Shown here piece by piece: positions 13,010 to 24,614 of a stretch of 64,000 nt of DNA (position 1 is its first letter; each line of letters begins with the position of its first letter). Origin of the DNA: Calcarisporiella thermophila CBS 279.70 (lineage: Eukaryota; Fungi; Calcarisporiellomycota); NCBI RefSeq assembly GCF_041956535.1, contig NW_027192196.1, positions 328,921 to 392,920 on the forward strand, given 5' to 3'. The notes beneath the pieces are model-generated. The model saw only the letters and a list, made by a program, of their open reading frames with translations. It was not told the DNA's origin and did no database searches. The position numbers and the translations under genes are program-made.

Positions 13010-13947
13010 TCACAAAAGATTGAGTAATGGTAAATAAGTCTCTGGGGGAAAATCCGACGCTCTTTCATACCAATCGACTAGTGAAAACGCAAAGGTGAGC
13101 ATTCAGATCAAGTTCATAAAGCGAATACCAAGAGTTTACCCATTGTTCCTAAATTCCTTGCACTCGGTGTCACAAGAGCTACAATTTCCACGCCTTTTTC
13201 CTTTAAGATGCTCAACTTACAGTCAATGCCCACGACCGGACTTGCTATTATTACACGTCCCACCATATTCGACCGGCGGAGGATGGAGAGAGCGGCTCTA
13301 ACTTCCGATTCACGGCGGATGCCATTGGTGAGTAGTAGGATGGTTGAATCGTGTGACTGAGTTGGAGTCGATTGAGATGGGATAAGAGTTAAGTAGAATG
13401 AGTGCATATCACGAAGTGTGGCGCGCTATAAATTCAGAATTAAAGTAACCAAAATTAAAGAGATATGGAAAACACTATTGCGCTAGTAACAAAACTACTT
13501 GATCAGCTATATGAAATTCAAGTTCAGTCCCCTCTAACCCAATACCCCTAGATACATAGTAACGTCAACAATCCGTATTATTATATCAAAATATAATAGA
13601 TAATCTCACTTTGCAATCTCTTCCTTAAGAATCATTTCATCCTCTCTTCCTACAACTTGCCCAACTGCACCTAAGGTAATCCCACTATGTGATTCGAGAA
13701 AGCGCACCAACATCAAATTGGTCTTCAATTCCAATTTCCCCGCTACTGTAGTTGCAAGCGGAAGGGATTCCGGATTCAAGGCCAAAACAATGCTATTAGG
13801 ACGGCGCCGATAATAAGCCAAAAGGTCGGCCAATTTTCGTCCCGCAGATTCTGGCGAAGGATAGCGAGGGGAGCGGGATGCGGAGAAATTAGGAGCAGAC
13901 GGAGGATGAGCATCTACAATGCATGGGGTGGGAATAGAAACGGGCAT
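13010..13947 (-). CDS. Bacterial-type phosphoribosyltransferase-fold protein with a degenerate PRPP motif, 4 exons
   Basis: 'SAGRKLADLL..Y..PNSIVLAL', 'LVRFL..GAV', 'ILLLTNGIRRESEVRAALSILRR..RVIIASPV' and 'VDWYE' align by eye with the bacterial stand-alone PRTase pattern (AGRxLA, VLALPRGG, VILVDDGxATG, GxWY). Confidence 0.7.
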
Positions 13948-14444
13948 ATTTTTGCGGGTGGAAAGGCGGCAATGGCTGGTGGCAAAGAGAGATAAAGGAT
14001 ACCAAGTTGCAAAGCTAGCGTTTCCATATTCTACTATTAGCCGAAAATTTCACGCGACACTCAGCCATCGTCCATGGAGGTAGCACGGCTTCAATTCGGA
14101 GATGCAAGCTTCAAGATCCTCACCCCTAGACTCTTGGATCTCAGAAACAGAACAGCCTCCAACTTTTCCAATTATAGGGATCGCAATATCCGGTCCAACT
14201 TTTTCCAGCATTTGTTATCACCCCAGCCACCAATCTATATTGTGGAGCATGCAAGCCTGAAATAGTTTGTCGGTGCTGCTGATATAGGCTACTCTTTGAG
14301 CCACCGGAATCTGCTTCAATATGGAATTCGGCTAACAGAATCTTAATTCTCTCCAACGCGTCTTACCACTTATTACTGTTGCAACCAGTTAGTAAGGGAT
14401 TGTTCAAATATATTAAAGCAGAAGTCTGACCATCAATGCTTGTA

Positions 14445-14592
14445 GAATCCAGTCAGCGTTGAATGATAATTTATCACAAATGCGATGTTTTTTCTTTCTC
14501 CGCCATGAGCGCTTCTCCATGTTATTAGACCGTGAAAATAGGCCTGATTATCGAGTATGGACTCGTTACTTTCATCATCAATGGGTGCATTC
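14445..14592 (-). ncRNA. Candidate intronic box C/D snoRNA in a spliced, apparently non-coding transcript
   Basis: C box ATGATGA (14578-14572) and D box CTGA (14456-14453), weak terminal complementarity (GAAT/ATTC, CCA/TGG), flanked by splice signals and a 9-nt exon. No target was verified. Confidence 0.3.
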
Positions 14593-15320
14593 AAAACAAT
14601 GCCCGTATGTTGTTAGTAATCTATTAATGCTACTTTCTCGAAATGGCGTTTTTATTCTTTTTTTCATGTTAAATGAGGAAATATAAGGAAAATAGTGGAA
14701 TCGATATGAAAGAGGCATATGCAAGTACCTGCGGACTATACAGATATTTTTTCAATCTATTTCAACCCGTAATTTTTTTTACAAGCGTACATCTTGGAAG
14801 GTTAAGAAACTCAGCAAGTAAAGAAAACCGTCTCAAAAAGCAAAGATGCTTAATCGGCCATTAACTAAATTACACACTTGGTCGTCAAGCATGCCTTTGA
14901 AGACCAAAATGAAAAAGCGGGGAGGGGTTCTGAGAATGGCTGAAAAGCATTATCGGCCCTCTTTACATCGAGCCAGCAGAGGGGACCACATAGTGGATTA
15001 GATACGTCACTGGGTGCTCTCGAGAGATATGCCGCCGTAGCTCGTAGTTCCTTTTGGGATCTGCATGCAATAAGAGTTGGAACGGTTGGAAATGAAAAGT
15101 GGAAATTTTACGCGTTTGATACGTCGATATCAAAAAGGAATGCAACGTGCCAAATCATCAACTGGCGGACCCGAAAAAACAATAAGAACGTGTCTCCCCG
15201 TTCCTTCGCCGTTCTCAGTCGAACCACTATCATACTCAGCTCTCTCCCCATCCTCTTCGCCCATCCCCTTCCCCTGCGCCATCTTGATTTGCATTCCTTC
15301 CTGCTACAAACACTGAAGTA

Positions 15321-17064
15321 ATGCATGTGTCAAAGCGTCAGCGCACCGCTGTTTTGGTGTCCGAGAGCAAAGAGGTGGAGCCGCCGCCGCCTTATACGCC
15401 CATATCGATGGAGCAGAAAAACGCGACCAACATCCTGGAAAATGTAAGTCGATACAAGTTTACAAGGTGGTGGGCGCATTAAGCGATTATAGAAACTAAA
15501 CCCGTGTAAATACAAATCAGAAAATGGATCAAATTGGGCTTCTTGTATCCAACATTCACACCACAATCGAGAGCCAGACTTTTGCTATGGGTGACCTGCG
15601 AACTCAATTGTCGAGGTGAGTGGACGCTATGTTTCGTATGGTAGCAAGCAGTGCAATTTAAACCTACTAATTACAATAGCATTCACAACGCACTGGGAAA
15701 AATGGAAACCCGCGAGAGCAATAACATCGAGATGATACGAAAGTCGGAGGTATCCAAAAATTATTAGCTTTCTTCGAAATGTTTGACTACGTTGAAATTA
15801 TGTTGAAACTCATCGCTTTATTTGTTATTTGAAGGTATCTGCTGATAACGCTCTGGATTCATCGGCCGTTATATATACTCACTCCTTTTTGCCCGGCTCT
15901 GAAGAGAAAGATTTTTGCTTTGACCCCCAGGAGGAAGATGAAGCCTATGCTCGAATTCTTTCAAAACTTAGCACGCTTATAATTGATGCTAATGATGCAA
16001 TTGCTTCACCCACTACGGTGCACCTTAGTTCGTCGTCGTCACCTCACCAACTTCAGGAGATGCAGGGGAGTTCAATAGAGGATACGGGAAATGAGAAGGA
16101 CATAGCACTTCAAGAGGAGAGAGAGAGGCTAGATATTGGTGAGATGCGAGAGAATTTAGTACAATCTATTGACCGAGTGGATTCTTCGCTTAGGAAAATA
16201 GACTCTCTTGCAAATGAGCTCTCTTCCTCCCCAACCTCCTCCCGCCAGCACAGACGTATTGGAGCTCGCGGTGATGCAAACATCGTGACTAACAAGGAAC
16301 CCATCGACCCCTTTGGACCATCGCCTAAGCGATCTTATAACAAAAAAGTCTGCTTGCAGCCCCGAATTCAGCGCCATAGAGCCTACACCACAGACGGCAC
16401 CTGCCACAAGGCAGGTGAAGATAATCTCATGCGCACAACCATTACCCTCTTCTCTTGGATCACGATCTGGTTTTTGGGGCGCATGCTTCTCCAAGCCTGG
16501 ATGGTCGACATGGCTAAACTACATGCTCGTGGCTCAGTCGACAGACTTTTTAGCGGTGAGCAGGAGGCCAGGCATGGAGATAAGCGGGTAAGAGAGCTGG
16601 ACGATAATGAGGAGCATGCGCGGATATGTGAGAGAAAATCACTTTCGACTGTTCAAGAGCTACGTTGGCGTACCCGAACCTCGAGCTTCATTACAAATGA
16701 AAGAATGGCGTCAGGGCAAAATAGAGCAAGAAGCGTAAATCAGGGGAACGTATCGGCGAAAGAAACCTCGGGGGTATCAACAGAAGTAAAGCCAGCCCAC
16801 ACGCTCGAGAGCGGTTATCCGCGTACGACTGGATATTCACCGGGAAAGCCTTTTGCGCAACGGAAAGGAACCAGACAGAGGATTTCTCCACGTTTGTCTC
16901 GAAACCGTAAATCCTTTGGGGGTTTACAGGCTAAAACAAGTTCAAAGCCATCCACACAACCTACTCTTCCTTCGCGACCTTTTGTGTTTCTCGGGATGGC
17001 AAAATGTCTGGCCGGCAAGAATGAGAGTAGGCGTGCGCTTGGGGCGAGGAGAAACTCATTTTAG
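15321..17064 (+). CDS. Uncharacterised protein with an N-terminal PPPPY motif, coiled coil and one hydrophobic segment; 4 exons
   Basis: ATG 15321 gives 'EPPPPYTP'. Three GT-AG introns lead into the 411-aa ORF. Confidence 0.6.
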
Positions 17065-17716
17065 CTTGACAGCTTCTTCCCGCAGCATACAGTACACGTA
17101 TTTTATCCATCTGAATCATGAATTTTTACTATTACTTATCCAACTCTCCATTCATTAAGCAAATCCTGCTATCCCGATTTGTTGTATTCTTTGTCTTGTA
17201 TGATTCATTTCAGAACCCATCTCTCGCCTACATACTACTATGCTAATAAAGCGATATTCAATTTAATGCACGAACTTCTCAAATTTGAACTGCCAACAAT
17301 TTATAGTTACTGACGGCTATGAATTTAGTAGGGAGGCAGGCCTTTGGCTGAATAATATAGTTCTTTTTTTTTTTTAGTCAAAACTCTTAGAGAAATGGGT
17401 TGACTATTTTAACAGAAAACAGGAGGTGAAAAAGTGACTAGTCAGGTAATAAAATATTACAAAGTTGTCAGAAAATGGATATGGTGATATAAAAGAGGAA
17501 TAGAAAAGCGAAGATGAACCTGAGTAGATCTAAGAGTCATTGCTCAGCTGCAGTAGGGGAGAGTCCAATAAAATGTATGAATGAAAAATAATAAACAAAC
17601 ATAAGAGAAAGATAAACTAGGAAAAAAAAAATATGAAAAATTATTGCATGACATATCGAACAAGTGAAGAGAGAAAGATTGTGAGAAAGAAAAATAAAAA
17701 CATAGAAAAGTGAGAA

Positions 17717-20700
17717 TTACACTTTCTTATCTTCTAATAGCGCTTTCAATGCTCTTACTTCGACTTCCAGCTCTCTATCCAATAAACAGAATTCAGAGAT
17801 ATGCTTGGTGATTATCGTTGTCCACATTTCTAGAGCCAGATAGAAACTTACTCTGCTTTCCGCCTCCACTGAGTTTTTTCTCGCAAGGCGATATTCCATC
17901 CTCGATGAATCCTGTACCAACTACCCGACTTGTCCGCGTCTACCTCCTTGGCAAGTGAAACATAATCGTAGTTTTTTTGCTCCTCCTCAGGCTCATAGAG
18001 CCTGAGACGCTTAGACCCCAAAGCCGTCCTGAAGATCCCGTCGAGTTCATCGTTGAAACGTTTATAGAGCATATCGACCTCCTCAACCATGGTATGATAT
18101 TTTTCTTCCATGAGCTTGAATCGAACAAGGGTATCTCGGTGCTCTCGTCTCATCGTGGAAATCGTCCCACGAAGCTGGTTGTTTTCCCGGTGGAGCGCAT
18201 CCAACCGCGCCTCATAGTCAGCCTGAATTCCCTCCAGTGCTAATGCAACACTATCCAGAACCCTAACATCATAGCCATCTACGGTGGCGTGCTCGTCTTC
18301 GTTCGTACGCTTCAAAGAGGGTGGAGTAGGAGTGATAATTGAATCCTTGGGCGGGAGAGGCGGGGGCATGGGAGGAAGCAATGATTGCCCATTGGAGGGA
18401 GGGCGCGCAGAGTCTCTTTTCCCACCAGTCGGTGTGCTCTCCCCTTCTTCCGGTTCGTCCAGCTTCCAACAATTCTCGCCCGAATTCTGAGCCGATTTGT
18501 CAATATGCTCCCGGCCAAAAAAATGGGGAGTGTGCTCTGATCTCAGCTTTGGAGAAATAAAAGGATTCGACAATGTTGTTGTGGCTTGTCCGACTGGACT
18601 TTGGGGCGATATGCTCTCATAGCACCCACTTTCATAAGATAGTAAATCATCAAAAGCTGAGGTGGGAAGGTCGAGCTTGAGTGGCGCAAATATGTCGTCT
18701 GTGTGGGCAATAGAGTCAGGCGATACTGTACGAGAAACCCAGACAGAGGAGGCACTGCTCGATGAGGTATCGGATATACGCGACACGGTTGTTGAATTGC
18801 TTGAGCTGCGCGAAAGGGCAGGGTCGCTCGTTGCATTTGATGGGCGTGACGGCGGATCTTCCCTTGCGGGCAATGAGGAAGCTCTTGTAGGGCTTGTTCC
18901 ACCACTTACGGCGGAAAGCAGCTTAGAAAATCGGTTAAAACTCGTGGTTCGTGGAATGATCCCACTTGCAGATTTAATGAAGCGAGCCCGTTCATATCGT
19001 TGTGCGATCAGCCCAAGAAGAAGCTCTGTGTCACGCTGGTGAATGGAGGTATAAAAATGGGAATTTTTGCGCATCAGCATCTCTCCTCTCAATACTATCC
19101 AAGGGTGCGTGGATATGTTAGTTCCAGCGGATATTTGAAGGGGAGCAAGGCACACAAACCATAGTCAAAAAGACATCTCTCCAGATCAGAAGAACACTCT
19201 AGCTCTAACGGTTTTTCCCCTTTAACCATTCTCGTTGCATTGGTCTCCAAAGCGTCCTCCATGGTCTCGTTTCCAAATGCCTTGCATTTAAAAAAGACTT
19301 GATACCTAAAGTTGCTCTTATCAGCCACGATCATACCAAATGCGTAAGGATTTCCTGGCGATTTGGGCAGATATTGGTCGAGAGAGTTTGAAGCCTTTTC
19401 GCAATAACCTAGAGCGACATGGTTCTACAGAGAATTAAGCGGGATATATTTGTAAACGGTGGATGAATTGTCATACTTTATGGACTACATCCCGATATTT
19501 AGAAGCGGCATACACGTTGCTATACAGATGAATACCCCCTACTTTTCGATACCACACCAATGCATCATTTTCTAAAGCCCAAAGTCAGTAAAGATCCAAC
19601 ATGGAGCTCGAATTTAATCAACGCATACCTCGTGCTTTAAATAAGGCCGTGGTCCTATACACCAGCTCTAAAAAGCACTCTTTTTCATTTATATCGGCGG
19701 CAATGTAGGCTCGGAACTCTTGTTTGCCAAAATAAGTGTCCCCAGCACGAGCTGCTTCATCCTCTTCGCGTGGGAGGTGGGTGCGTGTGGAGGGTGTAGA
19801 TCCTGTCAGCCGCAGATAAAAGGCAGTGCTCACTAATTAATAAGAAATCAAAAAAGATCAGAAAGTATTCGAAATGAATGGGTGTTGAAAAATAGGTCGA
19901 TAGTACTGGGTGATGCATCAAAATTGTAGATTTCCACGTCTCTTACATCCGCCCAACCTTTGAACCTTAGTGGGCGCTCTGTAGAGGCTTGAGTGTAGCG
20001 CTTTTCCTTGCGACTACGCGAAGGCGTCGTCTGGCTAATAGATGCTTTTCTCTCATAGCCGGCGTCACCATTGCTTACTATCCCGCAGGCCTCAAGACCG
20101 TTTATGGCTGTAGATGCGCGTCGAACAATCATTATACGGTCCGAGAGAAGAAATAGGGTGACGGGGCGAATAGCTTGGTAACTTGTTATGTCAATTTCAG
20201 TGGCATCCAGATGACCTACAAGGGATCGACGCTGATTTACAAGAGATGCCTAGGATATCAACCAGGGGTTAGTGATTTCTTGCGTATGAATCAGTCTCTA
20301 GGGTGTACACACCGGGCAATCGGCGATCGAATTAAGCATATTAAAATATATTTGCGCAAGTCGTGTATGGTTATCGTCCGCCATTTCGGCAATCTCGCTT
20401 GCTTTTTTCAAAGCTTGCAACATAGGGTGGTAATCCTCGTGTTCATCAGGAGTATACTTTAGAATATCTGAGCAAAAATAAAAAGAGGAAGAAAGCAAGT
20501 CTATTAGGCACACACTTTCGGGGATTCTAGAGCAAGATCAATGGAGCATACTTTCTAACATCAAGGTATATAATCCAATTCTCTGTACAGGCTGTACAAT
20601 TAGATCCTGAAGCGTGCGCCTCCGCATTTCTGCCCTGTCTTGCGCCCGCTATTAAGAAGTGAAATAAATCTCGATTCTATATTATAGATGAATTTGAACT

Positions 20701-22298
20701 CACTTGAAGAAAACTCCTATAAAGCGCATTATTTTTCTGTTCCTGCAGGTGATATTCTCGGGCATCATCGCGTCCTTGTAGGAACTTGGAATAGCATTCA
20801 AAATGCACCATCTATCGGGAGCAATAGCAAAGTAGTAGAGATGAATACAGATATTCGTTGTATTTCGCTGTATAAGACATAAGTGATAGCTAAAAAGACT
20901 TACATGCTCTGCACACAGTTGACCAAACCCGGTAAAATCCGGCTCTTCTAAGCCGTTTAGCGCGTCAAGAAAAGCGCGATTAGTAGAAAGTATCTGTTCA
21001 ATGTTGAGAAATATATTGTTGCATTCATAAAGTCGAATGATCGCCGAGTTACGGTCTCGGGCTGCATTGCGAAGAGGGCGCACGAATATCTACCATCGCC
21101 ACCAATTCATAGTTAATGTGATAAACTACCACGAGCGTTACTACTAACACTTACATCCACTAAGGTCTGTATATTCTGCACGAAAGTTGCTTCTGTCTCA
21201 ATAAATTCCTTAATGTGATGAGTGCGCTTCTCGAAATTCTATACTCAATTCCAATGATTAGTAAACGCTTTCATTGGCTTTCTGTTCTCTCTTCTCGTCC
21301 TTCTCCAAGAATAAATTAAAGCGAAGGAACTATACCTCTGAGCAGAGCTTTCTTGCAAAATTTTTTCCAGCGGTCGCATTTTCAGACTTCACTTCCAATG
21401 GATTTCCAAATAGCGCTAGAAATTTATTCTTCTCCCGATCAACATCCTCCAAGATCACATCGATATACTGGAACTCCCTTAGTCTTGGTAACTCAAGACT
21501 CTTCAGCACTGCACGCAGACTTTCATCCTTTTTTTCTTCCAGTTTTGCCACCAACGCTGCAACCTGCGCGTCGATTGAAGGTTCGGAGTCCTCCAAAGGG
21601 GATAGAGAAGCACAAGGCTGTGGGTTGAGAGAGCGAAAATACTTAGTGAGAGCTAACTGGAGGATCACAGGAGGATCGATAGGGGAGTTACGTGTGGGAG
21701 TGTGATTAGTGGGTGAAAGACAATGAAGGTCAGTCGACAGGACCTCGACAAGAGAATATCCCTTTTAAAACGATATGAGCCTAAGAAAGAATGCATTGGG
21801 TATATGGAGGCTTACTCTTTTGGTTCTAATATATACAACATATCCCTCTTTGTTCGCACTCCTCGCCAGCGAGATAAATATTGCGCCCAACCCTTTGTCA
21901 ACACCCATATAATTATTATGTTCTAGATATGTAGCAATCGAGGAGGTTAAACTGGTGTCTTAAACGCGTTCTTCTCTTCCATTTACCTCTTGGCACTAAA
22001 GAATTTGACCAAAATTCCGCGGAGTACTTGCAATCGTCATGGATATTTTCATTTATCGCGCGGATTTGGAATACTGGCCAAGGAAAGGAAGCATCGAAGC
22101 TCCCTGAATGAAGGTAACCTTTCTCATTTAATGCTGGAATCGTGGTACTAGTGCATTCCTCTGGGAGAGTGTTTATAAAACCAGCTTCGTGGAGTTGTTG
22201 AAAAATCTACAGGAATGATAAGAAGTGATATTCTAACGCTGCTGAAGTGACAAGCGATGGTAGTTGAGATAACTTACATTAGAGGGAGATAGCATCAT
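17717..22298 (-). CDS. Gef2-like RhoGEF (DH-PH) with an N-terminal RapGAP-dimerisation-like segment and a C-terminal coiled coil; many exons
   Basis: DH motifs 'KRTHHIKEFIETEATFV', 'IFLNIEQIL', 'DLIVQPVQRIG' and 'LKYTP'. The C-terminus 'EVDMLYKRFNDEL' resembles fungal Gef2 homologs. The 5' exons were spliced manually. Confidence 0.8.
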
Positions 22299-22508
22299 GG
22301 ACAACCTTGAGCGAAAACTATTGAATTCAGAATCCCCCTATCCTGCCTCCATTGAACGGTATTTGTTAAAAACAAAATAAAATAAAATAAAACTTTCGCG
22401 TTTTTATTTGAAACTCAGGAACGTTTCTAAATAATAACGGCGATCCGCTATTAACAAAATCAAAGCTAGATCTCACCTTCCACATGCATATATGTAAATA
22501 AAATTGAA

Positions 22509-22946
22509 TGCTAGGCCAGGCTACCTGGCAGCATCGATAGCGCGTGATATTAATTGTTTTTCCGTGGATACTACTGCTGTTAACCTGAGTACCACACGAT
22601 GGTACTCAGGGTGCTTTGCTTGCTCACCGCTGCGTTCTCTCCATGGTTTGCTGTGGCTCCCGGTGCGAAGATGGGCTTTACAATTCCAACAGCGGATTAT
22701 TTATAAAGTGTGTCTTGTACAAAGAGTATTCTCTTCAGCGTGAAAGTATATGTCATTTCCATGCCCGCTTGGGAGGAGGGAGAAGCCCTTTGCACTTAAC
22801 GACTCCACGTAATATTTAAGTTACCTGCATTCCAAATAATTGGTGAAATGAGTCGTCACTGCAGAATACGGTACCCTCTTCTCCCTTAAATTTTCAAATG
22901 TTTTTAAGACTTATTAACTCGTTTGACTGACAGAGTCTTGAGAACA
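22509..22946. ncRNA. Candidate structured non-coding RNA, family unidentified
   Basis: Intergenic GC-richer island with many nested stems, including a perfect 11-bp hairpin (22584-22610) and a 9-bp long-range stem (22777-22785/22878-22886). Confidence 0.4.
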
Positions 22947-23148
22947 TCTTCTTTCATAATACTATACTGATAACCTTTCATTGAGTGTTTTATGACATCA
23001 GGGAGCATAAACTGAAATCGCAGAAATTGAAATAAAATATTCTTCTACTATACATTTACGAGCAACCGCAGAAAAAAAAAAACAAGAATATATCAGTGGA
23101 TTAAAGAACAAATGAGTTATCTGTATATTCAGTAGAGCATGGATTAAC

Positions 23149-24315
23149 TCATACTCTTCTTTTCAACAATTCTTCCAAAACATGCATTCCACCTTTTACC
23201 AACAGCGGTATCACGGCGGCCAGTGCTACCCCCATTGAAACATTCCTCGCCCGTTTCGCTGCCCTCACCTCTTTCACCAGTGTACTTTCGATCTCATCTT
23301 CTCCTCCACCTTGTCTCTTCCTCTTTCTCGACTCAGCCCCGGTTTCCTTACCTTCCTGTAGATTCAGATACTCTCGGAATACTCCCATTCCCTTCCCCTC
23401 ACCAACCCCTTCGAAAAAAACTTCAAGGGCTTTCTGCTGTGCTTTTTCAAAATCAGAGCTGATCAACGTGAGTTCATGCTCCAAGTCGTCAAAGGAGCGC
23501 TGTGCACGAACACTTGTTCGCCGAGCAAATTCAAGTTTCTCATGAGTGCGGCGTAAGAGGGATTGAGCTAGCTCACACTGGCGCTTATGACGGAGACACT
23601 GTTGATATAGGGATTGCAGCTCTTCTGATGCAGGGGATGCTTTTGTAAGGGCTATAGATGTTTTAGTAGATGGAGCAGTTCCAGGTGCGGAGTGAGGAGA
23701 TTTATCGGCCAGAGTGGTCAAGGGCAAACTTTCGAATGCTCGGGGCAACTTGTTATCTAGTCCATCTCCATCCTCCTTAATCTCCTCGCTATATTCCACC
23801 GTTCGGTCGTCGTCCCTACCCTCACAAGCCGGATCTATATTACTGGCCTTAGTTCTATTGGGCGATTCATGAGGAGTATTGACGGATTCAGCGGGAGAAA
23901 GAAGAGTTAATGGGGAACTATTGTTATCAAGAGCTGTAATGGGCTTGAAGCTTGTTTCAATTTCTTCTGCTTTACGCCGCCTATCTTCCCGTTCACTCGC
24001 AAGTTGGTACCGCGCAACGGCTTGCTCGAACTCGCGTATCATATCACGCAGCTTTTGGCTTTGGCTGTGCCGATCGGCTTCAAGTCGCAACATAAGCTGA
24101 TCATAGCGCCTCTGGCTCTCTTTACGCATCTAGCAAATAAAATCGCCATCAGTGGTTGGGTGGGAAATGGAAAAGTGGTTTATGAATACAACTGATTCTA
24201 TCTTGTCGCGAATGCTTTCGGTTAGATCAGTACTACAGGCACTGGAGGTAAAAGGGGTGGGATTCTCCTCGGTAGAGCCTTGCTCCAGTTGATCTTCAAC
24301 ATAATCTACTGACAT
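23149..24315 (-). CDS. Uncharacterised coiled-coil protein with a C-terminal hydrophobic tail
   Basis: 326-aa ORF with two heptad-rich regions, the NLS-like 'SRKRKR' and tail 'VALAAVIPLLVKGG'. The upstream exon is inferred. Confidence 0.6.
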
Positions 24316-24614
24316 GTTTCTTAATATCGGCCCAAATTGGTTGAGAAAAAGGGGTGCCAAAAGCTAACAAGAAGCAAGCTGAGAAATAATTTTCTGGTGG
24401 CCAATTTTTTTTCTCTTTTTGTTCCAGTCTGGATATCTAAACTATCGATCTACCCAAGCGATATTCATCTCACATAAAAATAGAAATATCCTTTTTATTA
24501 GCTCTCCCAATGGCTAAACGCAAAATAGAGCTATTGCATATAATGAAAAGGTAAAGGAAAAACATATTATGACAAAAAGAAACATGAAAAGACCCTCTGA
24601 AATAGCGAAGATTT

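Noticed and set aside
13994-14002. GTATCCTTT on the minus strand upstream of the PRTase-like ATG
   Set aside because: No U12 branch site between it and the start codon.
22781-22793. AAAGGGCTTCT (minus) resembling the U11 snRNA 5' end
   Set aside because: Similarity stops after ~11 nt, with no U11 stem-loops or properly placed Sm site.
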